From NCBI GenBank assembly GCA_963784355.1, contig CAWAQU010000009.1, forward strand, positions 1-64,000: a DNA stretch of 64,000 nt, given 5' to 3'. A program made the position numbers and the translations under genes. This DNA is from an uncultured bacterium. GTDB lineage: Bacteria; Patescibacteriota; JACMRA01. The notes beneath the pieces were generated by a model, which made no database searches, was not told where the DNA came from, and saw only the letters and a list, made by a program, of their open reading frames with translations. Positions 41,070 to 51,158 of this stretch are shown piece after piece; within the stretch, counting starts at the first letter, position 1, and every line of letters begins with the position of its first letter.

Positions 41070-41996
41070 TTATGAGATTTTAGTATTTGCCCATTTTTCA
41101 GCTACAAGGGAAATTGGTCTGAGTGAATCAATTTTATGAATTGTATCTTCACTGTTAATTACAGTTAAAAGTCTTTCAAAACCCATACCTGTATCAATAT
41201 TTTTCTTGGTTAGTGGTTCTAGATTAATCGGTTCATGATTTTCTCCCCACTCTCCTTGAAATTCCATAAAAACATGATTCCAAATCTCTACAATTTCTTG
41301 ATCTATAAAGTTTTCAATTTCTACCTTAGCCATATTTGGGAATAAACTTGTTTCAAAATCTATTGAGTTATGGTTTAAAAGGTAGTAAATTTCGCTACAC
41401 GGCCCACATGGCCCTCTGTAAGGAAGCCCCCACCAATTATCTTTACCACTCTTTTTTGTGATTCTATAAATATATTTATCGTTTTGCTCAGTGTTATTTT
41501 TGAAGTCGTATTCTTCTCCAACTGTAGCTTCAATACCTACTTTGGCAAATTCTTCAGTCCAAAATTCAACAGCTTCTTTATCTTCGCCAGCCTCTGTAGA
41601 GCCTTTATAAACAGTCACAAATAATCTTTTCGGATCCAAGCCAAGCCATTCTTTGGAAGTTAAAAATTCAAAACCCCAGCTAATAGAATCTTTTTTAAAA
41701 TAATCTCCAAGACTCCAACTTCCAAGCATCTCAAATAAAGATAAATGTCTATTATCACCCACTTCTTCAATATCTAGAGTACGAATACATTTTTGCGAAT
41801 CGGCTAGCCTGACACCGTCCGGATGTTTTTCTCCCATCAAATAAGGTACAAGCGGATACATTCCGGAATTCACAAACAATAGAGTCGGATCCTCTTTTGG
41901 CAATATACTTGCAGATGGTAGAATAGCGTGGCCCTTAGAAGCCATAAAATCAAGGAAAAGTTGTCTAAGCTGTTTTGAGTCCATATATAAACTCAT
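41070..41996 (-). CDS. alaS: Alanyl-tRNA synthetase catalytic domain only (308 aa)
   Basis: LLFVNSGM, SQKCIR, FEMLGSWSLGDYFK, GPCGPCSEI, EIWNHVFM, IDTGMGFERL, then a stop about 30 aa later. Confidence 0.88.
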   Translation of the reverse strand: MSLYMDSKQLRQLFLDFMASKGHAILPSASILPKEDPTLLFVNSGMYPLVPYLMGEKHPDGVRLADSQKCIRTLDIEEVGDNRHLSLFEMLGSWSLGDYFKKDSISWGFEFLTSKEWLGLDPKRLFVTVYKGSTEAGEDKEAVEFWTEEFAKVGIEATVGEEYDFKNNTEQNDKYIYRITKKSGKDNWWGLPYRGPCGPCSEIYYLLNHNSIDFETSLFPNMAKVEIENFIDQEIVEIWNHVFMEFQGEWGENHEPINLEPLTKKNIDTGMGFERLLTVINSEDTIHKIDSLRPISLVAEKWANTKIS

Positions 41997-42153
41997 TTTT
42001 GAAATATTTATTTAAAACTGGCAAGTACAGAATCACTAAGACCAATTTTTTTGTTTGCAATATAGTTGTATGAAAATAAAGTCTTGACAAATATTAGATT
42101 CTACAATATTAATCAGTATTAACGGTTTACAATATTTATTAGTTAATGTTTGC

Positions 42154-42465
42154 ATGTCTACGACTAAAATGAGAGTCAAAATATACTCCTTTGATCATAA
42201 AATTTTAGAGGAAGCAGTAAAAAAGCTGGTCCAAGTGGTCATAAAGTCCGGTGGTAAGGTCAAAGGTCCAGTACCTTTAAAGACCAAAAAGAAAATTTTT
42301 ACTTTGCTCAGATCAACCTTTATTTACAAGAAATCTAGGGATAAGATAGAGTGCCGCATCCACAAAAGATTGATTGATATTGATGACGTAAACAGTGACA
42401 TTATAAATAATTTATCAACTTTATCTCTCCCCGCAGGTGTAGATTTAAGTATTGAAACAGTCTAA
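42154..42465 (+). CDS. rpsJ: 30S ribosomal protein S10
   Basis: SFDHKIL, GPVPL, HKRLID, LPAGVD. Confidence 0.96.
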   Translation: MSTTKMRVKIYSFDHKILEEAVKKLVQVVIKSGGKVKGPVPLKTKKKIFTLLRSTFIYKKSRDKIECRIHKRLIDIDDVNSDIINNLSTLSLPAGVDLSIETV

Positions 42466-42481
42466 ACAATTTAATTCAGAT

Positions 42482-43096
42482 ATGTCCCTTGGTTTTGCAA
42501 AAAAGATTGGAATGACAAGACTCTTTATAGATGGTAGAAATACCCCTGTAACAGTACTTGAATTTAAAAATAATTATTTACTTCAGAAAAAAACTACCCA
42601 AAAAGAAGGCTACAATGCTATTCAAGTGGGTTCTGTTAAAAAAGTAAGCTCTAGTAGAGCCGCAAAAGGCCATGTTAAAAAATATACTGGTTTAGATCAT
42701 AACTTTAGATTCATTGAGGAATTCGATATTGATAATTTGCCTGAAGATAAAAAGATTTTTGATATCAATGATTTTGCTGCAGATGACTTGCTTGATATAT
42801 CAGGTACTGTAATAGGTAGAGGTTTTGCAGGTGTAGTCAAAAGACATGGCTTTGCAGGACAACCAGCTAGTCACGGTCACGATCATGAAAGAGCTCCTGG
42901 TTCAATCGGTTCTAGATGGCCACAAAGAGTTTTACCCGGAAAGAAAATGGCCGGTAGAATGGGTGGTAATATAACTAAAATCAGAAAAGTGAAGATAGTT
43001 GCTGTGGATTCTGAAAACAATTTACTTTTTGTCCATGGTTCAGTCCAGGGAAGTAATAGCTCATATCTCAAAATTCAAAAAGTTTCTCAAGATTAA
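42482..43096 (+). CDS. rplC: 50S ribosomal protein L3
   Basis: KKIGMT, GRGFAGVVKRH, RAPGSIG, GKKMAGRMG. Confidence 0.96.
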   Translation: MSLGFAKKIGMTRLFIDGRNTPVTVLEFKNNYLLQKKTTQKEGYNAIQVGSVKKVSSSRAAKGHVKKYTGLDHNFRFIEEFDIDNLPEDKKIFDINDFAADDLLDISGTVIGRGFAGVVKRHGFAGQPASHGHDHERAPGSIGSRWPQRVLPGKKMAGRMGGNITKIRKVKIVAVDSENNLLFVHGSVQGSNSSYLKIQKVSQD

Positions 43097-43120
43097 TAAT
43101 AAAATATAATATAATTAAAG

Positions 43121-43756
43121 ATGTCTCTCAAAATTCAAATTATAGACGATCAGATGGATAAGACCATTGAGGCTTTTGCTTCACTTAATGACTACGAGGT
43201 AAAAGCAATATTGCTTGCCCAGATGGTTAGAAGTGAGATGATGAATCTGAGATCCGGTAATGCTCATACTAAAACTAGAGCAGAAGTAAGAGGTGGAGGT
43301 AAGAAACCTTGGAAACAAAAAGGTACAGGTAGAGCAAGACACGGATCCATCAGATCTCCTTTATGGGTTGGTGGTGGTGTCACTTTCGGTCCTAGAAATA
43401 TCAGAAACTGGCATTTAAAGATCAATAAAAGCGCTAGAGTATCAGCTTTAAAATCAGCACTAAAAGATAGATTAGTAGACAATGCTGTATATCAATTTGG
43501 TGAAGGGTTTGAATTTTTAAAGACTAAGTCTGCAGTAGAAGTTTTAACTAATTTGGAAAACAAGACTCAGTCCAAGTCAAAAAATATGCTTATATTCTAC
43601 ACTGCAGATGATAAAAGCAAATTATCAGGCTTTTTGAGTACTGAGGCTAAACTTATGAATGCTGAGAATATTAAAATTTTTAAAATATTAAATGCGACCA
43701 ACCTTATCCTCACACCTAAAGCTAAAGAAATATTAGAAACCCGAATAAGTAAATAG
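43121..43756 (+). CDS. rplD: 50S ribosomal protein L4
   Basis: TKTRAEVRGGGKKPWKQKGTGRARHGS. Confidence 0.97.
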   Translation: MSLKIQIIDDQMDKTIEAFASLNDYEVKAILLAQMVRSEMMNLRSGNAHTKTRAEVRGGGKKPWKQKGTGRARHGSIRSPLWVGGGVTFGPRNIRNWHLKINKSARVSALKSALKDRLVDNAVYQFGEGFEFLKTKSAVEVLTNLENKTQSKSKNMLIFYTADDKSKLSGFLSTEAKLMNAENIKIFKILNATNLILTPKAKEILETRISK

Positions 43757-43760
43757 TAAA

Positions 43761-44075
43761 ATGACTACCTGCGTTTTAATCCAAACCGAAAAAGCATACG
43801 TTACACAAGTAAAAAATACTTATACTTTAGCTTTTCTAGAAAAACAGTACAATACCAATAAAATTGAACTTGAAAAACTTTTAAAGCAAGTTGGTTTAAC
43901 TACAGTAAAAATAACTACCACTAATACTCAGCAAAAAACTAAGAAAAGAGGTAAGACAGGTAGAACAATACTGCAATTTAGACCACAGAAATATTATGTT
44001 CGCCTAAAAGCCGGAGAGACTATTACTGAAGATACTATGAAATCAATCAACGAGAAATTAAATTCAAAAGAATAA
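43761..44075 (+). CDS. rplW: 50S ribosomal protein L23 (divergent)
   Basis: TEKA, NKIEL, KYYVRLKAGETI; position after rplD. Confidence 0.85.
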   Translation: MTTCVLIQTEKAYVTQVKNTYTLAFLEKQYNTNKIELEKLLKQVGLTTVKITTTNTQQKTKKRGKTGRTILQFRPQKYYVRLKAGETITEDTMKSINEKLNSKE

Positions 44076-44089
44076 TAACCTAATCTAAA

Positions 44090-44362
44090 ATGTCCAGATC
44101 ACTTAAAAAAGCACCCTATTGTCTACCCAAACTAGTACTTAAAGTAGCTAAGTACAGAAGTAGTGGATCTTCTACTGCGATCAAAACCTGGAGTAGACCA
44201 AGTACAATTTTACCTGACTTTGTAGGAGTTAAGTTTGCCGTACACAATGGTAGAAAGTTTGTAGAAGTATTGATAACCGAAGATATGGTTGGACACAAAT
44301 TAGGTGAGTTTGCACCTACTACTACTTTTAAATCTCATGGTGGTAAGAAAGCAGGTAAATAA
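44090..44362 (+). CDS. rpsS: 30S ribosomal protein S19
   Basis: [28 protein letters not shown]. Confidence 0.97.
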   Translation: MSRSLKKAPYCLPKLVLKVAKYRSSGSSTAIKTWSRPSTILPDFVGVKFAVHNGRKFVEVLITEDMVGHKLGEFAPTTTFKSHGGKKAGK

Positions 44363-44374
44363 TAATTGCAGAAT

Positions 44375-45208
44375 ATGTCTAGAATAAAAGTATATAAACC
44401 TACTACCAACGCAAGAAGAAAAACTTCAGTAGTTGCATATAGTGAGGTGTTGACCACAAGTGATCCATATAAAAAATTACTGATCCGCAAACCTAGAAAA
44501 GCAGGTAGAAACAGCTCTGGAAAGATTACCGTTAGACACCAAGGTGGAGGCTACAAAAAAATGGTTAGAATTGTTGACTTTAAAAGAGATTTTCAAGCTG
44601 GTTTTAAAGTTTTAACTGTCGAATACGATCCAGGAAGAAGTAGTTTTATTTGTTTAGTTTCTGATTTAATAACAGGAGAAAAAAAATATATCTTACACAG
44701 TAAGGGCATGTCAGTTGGAATGAGACTTAATGTTAGCAAAGAAATTACTGATGGTAACCAGGTTACTTTAAACACTCTACCAATCGGTACCTTTGTATCT
44801 CAGATCGAACTAAATCCGAACCAAGGAGCTAAGCTAGTAAGATCAGCCGGAAATTACGCCATAGTAACAGCTAAAGAAGATAAGTGGGTGACACTTAAAT
44901 TACCTTCAGGCGAAATAAGAAAATTTTTGGGAGAGTGTAAAGCTGTAGTAAATAGAGTAGGAAACGAAGCTAATGAATTAGTACGATTGGGTAAAGCAGG
45001 TAGGGTTAGAAGAATGGGTGTAAGACCTACAGTTCGTGGTAAAGTTATGAATCCTGTTGATCACCCTCATGGTGGTGGAGAAGCTAGAAATTCAATTGGT
45101 CTTAAATATCCTAAGACTCCTTGGGGTAAACATGCTTTAGGTGTTAGAACTAGGGATAAGAAATTGTCCAGTAGCAAGTTTATAGTAAAGAGAAGAAATA
45201 AAAAATAA
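44375..45208 (+). CDS. rplB: 50S ribosomal protein L2
   Basis: GRNSSGKITVRHQGGG, EYDPGR, MNPVDHPHGGGE. Confidence 0.98.
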   Translation: MSRIKVYKPTTNARRKTSVVAYSEVLTTSDPYKKLLIRKPRKAGRNSSGKITVRHQGGGYKKMVRIVDFKRDFQAGFKVLTVEYDPGRSSFICLVSDLITGEKKYILHSKGMSVGMRLNVSKEITDGNQVTLNTLPIGTFVSQIELNPNQGAKLVRSAGNYAIVTAKEDKWVTLKLPSGEIRKFLGECKAVVNRVGNEANELVRLGKAGRVRRMGVRPTVRGKVMNPVDHPHGGGEARNSIGLKYPKTPWGKHALGVRTRDKKLSSSKFIVKRRNKK

Positions 45209-45245
45209 TAATTAATTATATTAATCCATAGATAACATTACGAAC

Positions 45246-45578
45246 ATGTCTACAAAATTTACTGCTTCTACAATACTAAATTATAGTCCAAGAAAGACCA
45301 GATTAGTCATAAATGCTATTCGAGGTAATACTTTAGGTGCTGCCCTAGATGATTTAAAAACAATGAACAAGGGCAAAACTAAAAAGATCTATAATTTATT
45401 AAAGTCTGCGGCTTCTAACTTAAAATTGACTGAAGCGGAATATCCTCAGTACAAAGTAAGCTCTATCATAGCTGAAGAGGCTCAGAAACTCTACAGAATG
45501 GTACCAAGAGCTAGGGGATCAGCTTTTAGAATCAGACGTAGATATAGTAGAATTAAAGTGTTATTAGAACATCTATAA
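45246..45578 (+). CDS. rplV: 50S ribosomal protein L22
   Basis: SPRKTRLVINAIRG, LKSAASN, PRARGSA. Confidence 0.93.
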   Translation: MSTKFTASTILNYSPRKTRLVINAIRGNTLGAALDDLKTMNKGKTKKIYNLLKSAASNLKLTEAEYPQYKVSSIIAEEAQKLYRMVPRARGSAFRIRRRYSRIKVLLEHL

Positions 45579-45614
45579 ATTGACAAAATTACTTTTCTTA
45601 ATTTAATTATAATT

Positions 45615-46295
45615 ATGGGCCAGAAAATTTCAATCGCGTTATTTCGTGCTAAAAAAAGATTGAGCAATACAGATGCAAGTGGAGATCCTAGTCAGATGCA
45701 AAAATCTCTATGGTTTGCCACAGGCAGAAGTTATTCAAAACTTTTATTTCAGGATAAAGAAATCAGAGAATTCCTCAAAAAAGAGCTGCAGTCCGCTGGT
45801 TTGGTAGAAATTATAATCAAGCGCTATTTTAGAAAAGTTGAAATTATTTTATACGTTACTAAACCTGGTATAGTAATTGGCCGCTCTGGAAGTAGCATTA
45901 ACAAATTAAAAGAAGACTTGGTTGCTAAGTTTAAACTACCTTCTGATCTAAGATTAGATATTCAAGAGTTTAAAGATCCAAACAGATCAGCCCAGGTTAT
46001 TGCTAATGAAATCTCAGAAGCTCTAAAACGAAGTGTACCTTATCGTAGATTAGCTAAAGGATATCTTGAAAAAATCAGATACTCTGGTATAATGGGTGCA
46101 AAGATTAGCTTAAGCGGCAGACTTAATGGTGCTGAAATTGCCAGAAGAGAAGAGTTTCCATTCGGAAGCATCCCTAGACACACAATTGACGCAAATTTAG
46201 ACTACGCTCAAATTCACTGCAAAACTAAAGCCGGCATTATAGGTATAAAAGTGATACTGTACAAAGGTGATAAATTTAAAAACTATACTTATTAA
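45615..46295 (+). CDS. rpsC: 30S ribosomal protein S3
   Basis: MGQKI, KPGIVIGR, SGRLNGAEIAR. Confidence 0.96.
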   Translation: MGQKISIALFRAKKRLSNTDASGDPSQMQKSLWFATGRSYSKLLFQDKEIREFLKKELQSAGLVEIIIKRYFRKVEIILYVTKPGIVIGRSGSSINKLKEDLVAKFKLPSDLRLDIQEFKDPNRSAQVIANEISEALKRSVPYRRLAKGYLEKIRYSGIMGAKISLSGRLNGAEIARREEFPFGSIPRHTIDANLDYAQIHCKTKAGIIGIKVILYKGDKFKNYTY

Positions 46296-46306
46296 TAATT
46301 AGAGAA

Positions 46307-46522
46307 ATGACTGGTATAATAAGCTCAAACAAGATGATGAAAGCACTAGTAGTTACAGTGTTTACAACTAAATTGCATCCAAAATACAATAAAAGGTATA
46401 AAAGTAAAAAAAGATATACTGTAGCTTGTAGCGATTCTTCAAAATTTAAAATTGGGGATACTGTAGAAATTCAATCTACAAGACCTATTTCAAAAACCAT
46501 AAGCTTTAAAGTAGTAGAGTAA
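46307..46522 (+). CDS. rpsQ: 30S ribosomal protein S17 (short)
   Basis: SNKMMK..VV, HPKY.K, IGDTVEI..TRPISKT. Confidence 0.92.
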   Translation: MTGIISSNKMMKALVVTVFTTKLHPKYNKRYKSKKRYTVACSDSSKFKIGDTVEIQSTRPISKTISFKVVE

Positions 46523-46523
46523 T

Positions 46524-46949
46524 ATGCTTAGTCCAAAGAAAATAGTTCATAAAAAAGTTTTTAATCGATATGGCCAAAAGAGAAGAGGTCAGTTAACTCG
46601 TGGATCTACTTTGGTATTTGGAGAATACGCTTTAAAAGCTACTTCAAGCTCTTGGTTAACCAGCAGACAAATTGAATCTGCAAGAAGAGTAATCAGTAGA
46701 AGATGTAAAGGTGCTAAGATATATATTCGTGTTTTTCCATCAAGACCTGTAACTTCAAAAGGTTTAAACATTCCTATGGGTACTGGTGTAGGAAGCATTG
46801 ACTATTTCATGTTTCCAGTTAAACCAGGCAGAATTATTTTCGAGGTTAGAGGTGTTGCTGAAGAAAAAGTTAAAGAAGCTTTCAGAATCGCAGGGCACAA
46901 ACTTCCATTTGGAACTAAAATGGTTCAAAAAGATAAACATCAATTTTAA
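46524..46949 (+). CDS. rplP: 50S ribosomal protein L16
   Basis: MLSPKK, RQIESARR, IRVFP, VKPGRIIFE, KLP. Confidence 0.96.
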   Translation: MLSPKKIVHKKVFNRYGQKRRGQLTRGSTLVFGEYALKATSSSWLTSRQIESARRVISRRCKGAKIYIRVFPSRPVTSKGLNIPMGTGVGSIDYFMFPVKPGRIIFEVRGVAEEKVKEAFRIAGHKLPFGTKMVQKDKHQF

Positions 46950-46967
46950 TTTATTTATTAGACTAAT

Positions 46968-47339
46968 ATGCTTCAAGAACGTACAATTGTTGATGTAGCC
47001 GATAACTCAGGGGCTTCTAAAATCATGCTTTTCGCTGTAAACGGTAAAAATAACCGAGCTTCGGCAGGTATTGGTGAAGTTGTTGTAGGATCAGTTAAAA
47101 AAGCTTCCGTAGGTAGTAAAATTAAAAAAGGATCGGTAGTTCATGTTTTAATTGTTAGAACTAGAAATAAAGTTCAACGTAGAGACGGAAGCAGTATTAA
47201 ATTTTCTGATAATGCAGTTGTGGTTGTAAATAAAAACACTAAAGAACCTGTAGCTACTAGAGTTTTTGGTCCTGTAGCTAGAGAATTAAGAGAAATGGGC
47301 CACTCTAAAGTAATTTCAATGGCAGAAGAAGTATTATAA
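46968..47339 (+). CDS. rplN: 50S ribosomal protein L14
   Basis: VADNSGA, TRVFGPVARELR. Confidence 0.97.
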   Translation: MLQERTIVDVADNSGASKIMLFAVNGKNNRASAGIGEVVVGSVKKASVGSKIKKGSVVHVLIVRTRNKVQRRDGSSIKFSDNAVVVVNKNTKEPVATRVFGPVARELREMGHSKVISMAEEVL

Positions 47340-47355
47340 ATTTTCGATTAAAATC

Positions 47356-47754
47356 ATGTCTATAGCAAAAATTCAAACAGGAGATCAAGTGAAAGTTATT
47401 GCAGGTAACTATAAAGGTAATGTGGGTCAAGTACTCAAGGTTGTTAAAAGGAAATCTGCCAACGGAAAAGTTATAAAGATCAGAGCTGCTGTAAGTAATG
47501 TACCAAAGATTGCTAAATATCGCAGATCAACAGTAGTTCAGGGTCAATCTTATCCTGGTATGAAAACTGAAACAGACAGATTTATTGATCTTTCAAACCT
47601 TAGTTTAGTTACATCTGATCAAAAATACTCAAAGGTAAAAATTGCTTTAGATGAGAAAGGTAAAAAAATTAGAGTTTTAAAGAAAACAAACGAAACTGTA
47701 GTTAAGCAAATCCTACCTAAAATCAAACCCGCAACTGACGATTTAAATCAATAA
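47356..47754 (+). CDS. rplX: 50S ribosomal protein L24
   Basis: GDQVKVIAG.YKG..G.V KOW motif, IDLSNL. Confidence 0.9.
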   Translation: MSIAKIQTGDQVKVIAGNYKGNVGQVLKVVKRKSANGKVIKIRAAVSNVPKIAKYRRSTVVQGQSYPGMKTETDRFIDLSNLSLVTSDQKYSKVKIALDEKGKKIRVLKKTNETVVKQILPKIKPATDDLNQ

Positions 47755-47790
47755 TTTGACTAAAATTAAAAAATATTAAGAATTAAAAGA

Positions 47791-48342
47791 ATGGCTTCAC
47801 TCGAATTATCTACAGAAAATTACTTTTTAGAGTCTAAACAGGCTTTAGTAAATGCTTTTCCTGATACCAATCCGTTTGCTTTATCTGAACTAAAACAGAT
47901 ATCTATCAACGTAGGTGTGGGAAATGTTAAAAAGTTTGATGCAAAGCAAAAGCAAGAAATTGCTGACTATTTAACTAAACTAACTGGTCAAACTCCAAAA
48001 CAAATTGGCGCCAAAAAAGCAGTTTCAAATTTTAAGACTAGAAAAGGTGATTTAGTAGGTTTAGCTGTTACTTTAAGAGGTAAAAAGGCTAAAGATTTTT
48101 TGTTACACTTAGTTTATATTGCATTACCTAGAACTAGAGATTTTAAGGGAGTAAAAACTGAAGCTTTCGATAAAAACTATGCTTTTTACAGTCTTGGAAT
48201 TGAAAACTCTTCAATATTTCCAATTGTAGGCTTCGATGCATCAGTAAACTTTGGAATGCAAATTAACATTGTATTCAAACAACCAAAAAAAGAAAATGTA
48301 ACACTTTTAGAAAATTTAAAATTCCCGTTTAAAAAAGATTAA
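47791..48342 (+). CDS. rplE: 50S ribosomal protein L5
   Basis: INVGVG, TGQTP, AKKAVSNFKTR, VTLRG, LPRTRDFKG. Confidence 0.96.
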   Translation: MASLELSTENYFLESKQALVNAFPDTNPFALSELKQISINVGVGNVKKFDAKQKQEIADYLTKLTGQTPKQIGAKKAVSNFKTRKGDLVGLAVTLRGKKAKDFLLHLVYIALPRTRDFKGVKTEAFDKNYAFYSLGIENSSIFPIVGFDASVNFGMQINIVFKQPKKENVTLLENLKFPFKKD

Positions 48343-48348
48343 TTTATT

Positions 48349-48534
48349 ATGGCACGTAAAGCGTTGATTGTTAAAAGCAATAGAGTACCAAAATTTTCAA
48401 GTAGGAGAATTCACAGATGTAAAGTTTGTGGTCGTGCTCGTGGCTACTATAGATTTTTTGATATGTGTAGAATCTGTATCAGAGAAGCTGCCATTAGAGG
48501 TGAGTTAAACGGTTTTTTCAAAAGTAGTAAATAA
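48349..48534 (+). CDS. rpsN: 30S ribosomal protein S14, zinc type
   Basis: RCKVCGR..MCRICIRE. Confidence 0.96.
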   Translation: MARKALIVKSNRVPKFSSRRIHRCKVCGRARGYYRFFDMCRICIREAAIRGELNGFFKSSK

Positions 48535-48543
48535 AATAATAAT

Positions 48544-48918
48544 ATGTCATTACAAGATTTACTCAGTGATTATGTAGCAAGATTAAACAATGCTGTGCTA
48601 GCTAAAAAACCCGTTATTCAAGTGTTAAAGAATAGAGTTGTGGTTAATGTGTCAAAAAAACTAACTAGTCTAGGTTATATTGAAAGTTTTGAAGATACCG
48701 GTAATAATATTTTATTGCTTACTTTAAACTTAAATAGAATGAATAGAATATTTAGAATCTCCAAGCCAGGGCACAGAGTTTATATAGCTCATAATAAAAT
48801 CCCTAAAATCATAGGTGGAAAAGGTTTTAACATCATTTCTTCTTCAAAAGGAATAATCACTCACGTCGAGTCAAACAAAGAAAAATTAGGTGGAGAATTA
48901 CTATTCCAAATATACTAA
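48544..48918 (+). CDS. rpsH: 30S ribosomal protein S8
   Basis: RLNNA, RISKPGHRVY, SSSKGI, GGELL. Confidence 0.94.
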   Translation: MSLQDLLSDYVARLNNAVLAKKPVIQVLKNRVVVNVSKKLTSLGYIESFEDTGNNILLLTLNLNRMNRIFRISKPGHRVYIAHNKIPKIIGGKGFNIISSSKGIITHVESNKEKLGGELLFQIY

Positions 48919-48970
48919 ATTTTAAGTTTCTTGACAATTTACAAAGAATAGCAATATTATTAATGATATT

Positions 48971-49510
48971 ATGTCTCGTATAGGGAAAAAAACAATCACC
49001 CTGCCCAGTGGAGTTAGCTTTAATTTTGATGAGCCAAATAAAGTAGTTACTGTAAAAGGTGCTTTAGGTGAACTCAAAGCAAAGGTTACATCTTTTGTTG
49101 GTTTTAAAATTGAAAATAACGAATTATCAGTACAAATCTTAAATCAAGAGAATGATTTCCAGAAAGCAATTTGGGGCACAACCAGAAGTATTGTAAATAA
49201 CATGGTTGAGGGGGTAAACAAAGGTTATACTAAAGAAATTGAGCTAAACGGAGTAGGATATCGTATGGAGCTAGGTTCAGATCTAACTTTACACATAGGT
49301 TATTCTCACCCTGTAAAAGTAGTTATCCCTTCAGGAATCAAGCTAACTTTAAATAAAAACTTATTGACTGGGACCAGTATTGATAAGGAACTTTTAGGTA
49401 ATTTTTTCAGCCAAATTTTTCATTTAAAACCTTGTGACGTTTATAAACACAAAGGATTCAAATTCCCAGGTCAATTCTACAGAAAGAAAGTTGGTAAAAA
49501 AGGTAAATAA
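48971..49510 (+). CDS. rplF: 50S ribosomal protein L6
   Basis: MSRIGKK, NMVEGV, GVGYR, GYSHP. Confidence 0.96.
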   Translation: MSRIGKKTITLPSGVSFNFDEPNKVVTVKGALGELKAKVTSFVGFKIENNELSVQILNQENDFQKAIWGTTRSIVNNMVEGVNKGYTKEIELNGVGYRMELGSDLTLHIGYSHPVKVVIPSGIKLTLNKNLLTGTSIDKELLGNFFSQIFHLKPCDVYKHKGFKFPGQFYRKKVGKKGK

Positions 49511-49528
49511 AATTTAATATAATTTCAA

Positions 49529-49855
49529 ATGGCTAAAATCGCTACATATAAGAAAGCACGTTCCAAAAATAAGATAAGCTATAATGAGCATGTACTTGTG
49601 GTATCTAGATCAAATAGAAACATTTTAGTACAAGTTTTAGAGCCTGTTACCAAAAAAACTTTAGCTACCTTTACTTCATATAAAACTGAAGGCATGGCTA
49701 AAACAGATAAATCTAAAAAAGTAGGTGGAGAAGTAGCTGAATTTTTAAGTAAGAACAATATCAACAGATTAGTTTTTGATAGAAATGGTTATATTTATCA
49801 TGGTCGTATCAAAGCTATACTTGAAGAAATTCGTACCAAGGGAATAACAATTTAA
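49529..49855 (+). CDS. rplR: 50S ribosomal protein L18
   Basis: RSNRNI..Q, VFDRNGYIYHGRIKA. Confidence 0.93.
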   Translation: MAKIATYKKARSKNKISYNEHVLVVSRSNRNILVQVLEPVTKKTLATFTSYKTEGMAKTDKSKKVGGEVAEFLSKNNINRLVFDRNGYIYHGRIKAILEEIRTKGITI

Positions 49856-49867
49856 TTTTTAGGTCTA

Positions 49868-50548
49868 ATGTCAGAAAATACTCAAAACACTACAACCAAT
49901 AATCAATCTCAATCTGCACCAAGAAGAGATTTCAGTCGCCATGGTCAACAAAATAGACCAGCTGGTCCAACAGGTGCTGGAGCTCCCGGTCAACAAAACC
50001 GAAGCTTTGGAAGAAGGCCTTTTGGTAGTGGAGGTGGAAATTTTAAACCTGGAGAGAAAAAATTCGGTGGTCCAAATAAAAGATTTTCTAGAGATAATAG
50101 AAAACCTAGAAGTGAAGAAAATAGCAATATTGAAAGTCGAGTTATCTTAGTTAGAAGAGTTACCAGAGTTGTAAAAGGTGGTAAGCGTATGAGATTTTCC
50201 GCCTTGGTTATTGCTGGTGATAAAGCTGGAAAAGTAGGATATGGTTTAAAGAAAGGTTTAGATTTTCAAGATGCAGTAGCTAAAGCAACACGCCAAGCTC
50301 AAGAAAATTTGATTACTGTTAAAATCAATCCTGAAGGTAGTTTAGATTTTCCTTCTAAGCAGAAATTTAAAGCTTGCGAATTGATGTTGAAGCCTGCTAA
50401 AACAGGTACAGGTTTAATTGCAGGAGGATTTTTACGTCCAGTACTAGAGTTGGCAGGAATACAAAATATTTATTCTAAAATCATAGCTAGCAGAAATAAA
50501 GTTGCCGGAGTACAAACAGCTTTTGAAGCACTTAAAAAATACACTTAA
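49868..50548 (+). CDS. rpsE: 30S ribosomal protein S5 with long N-terminal extension
   Basis: RVTRVVKGGKRMRFSALV, GTGLIAGG, VLELAGI. Confidence 0.96.
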   Translation: MSENTQNTTTNNQSQSAPRRDFSRHGQQNRPAGPTGAGAPGQQNRSFGRRPFGSGGGNFKPGEKKFGGPNKRFSRDNRKPRSEENSNIESRVILVRRVTRVVKGGKRMRFSALVIAGDKAGKVGYGLKKGLDFQDAVAKATRQAQENLITVKINPEGSLDFPSKQKFKACELMLKPAKTGTGLIAGGFLRPVLELAGIQNIYSKIIASRNKVAGVQTAFEALKKYT

Positions 50549-50558
50549 ACTCACTAAC

Positions 50559-51149
50559 ATGACTAATATTGAATTAATAAAAGCTATACGCTATAAAACT
50601 GGTCTACCTTTCAAAGATATTAATAAAGCAATTGATGCTTTAGGTGCAGTTGATGAAGAAAAAATTATCACCTATTTAAGAGAGCAGGGGATTTTAAAAT
50701 CTCAAGCAAGGCAAGATAAGGAAACAAACAATGGTGGTATCTTTTCTTATACACATGATAATAGGCTCGGAGTAATGGTGGAGATTAAATGTGAGACTGA
50801 TTTTGTATCTAGATCTGATGTATTTAAAGAATTTGGTAACGACATTTGCTTACATATTGCAGCTTATCAGCCAAAGTTTATATCTGAAAGTGAAGTAAAT
50901 GAAGAATTTATCGCAGGGGAACTAGAAATTGCTAAGTCTCAATTGGCAAATGAAGGCAAAACTGAAGAAATGATCGAAAAAATCCTTTCTGGTAAAAAAG
51001 CAAAAATTGTAAAAGATTTTAGTTTACTGACTCAAACCTATATTAAAAATCCTGACATAACTGTAGCTGATTATCTAAATCAAATATCTCAATCCACAGG
51101 AGAAAAGATTATGATCACAAGATTTACAGTATTCAACCTTAATTCATAG
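50559..51149 (+). CDS. tsf: Elongation factor Ts (short form)
   Basis: IKAIRYKTG, VEIKCETDFV, LHIAA..P, TGEKI.I.RF. Confidence 0.95.
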   Translation: MTNIELIKAIRYKTGLPFKDINKAIDALGAVDEEKIITYLREQGILKSQARQDKETNNGGIFSYTHDNRLGVMVEIKCETDFVSRSDVFKEFGNDICLHIAAYQPKFISESEVNEEFIAGELEIAKSQLANEGKTEEMIEKILSGKKAKIVKDFSLLTQTYIKNPDITVADYLNQISQSTGEKIMITRFTVFNLNS

Positions 51150-51158
51150 AAAAATTAT

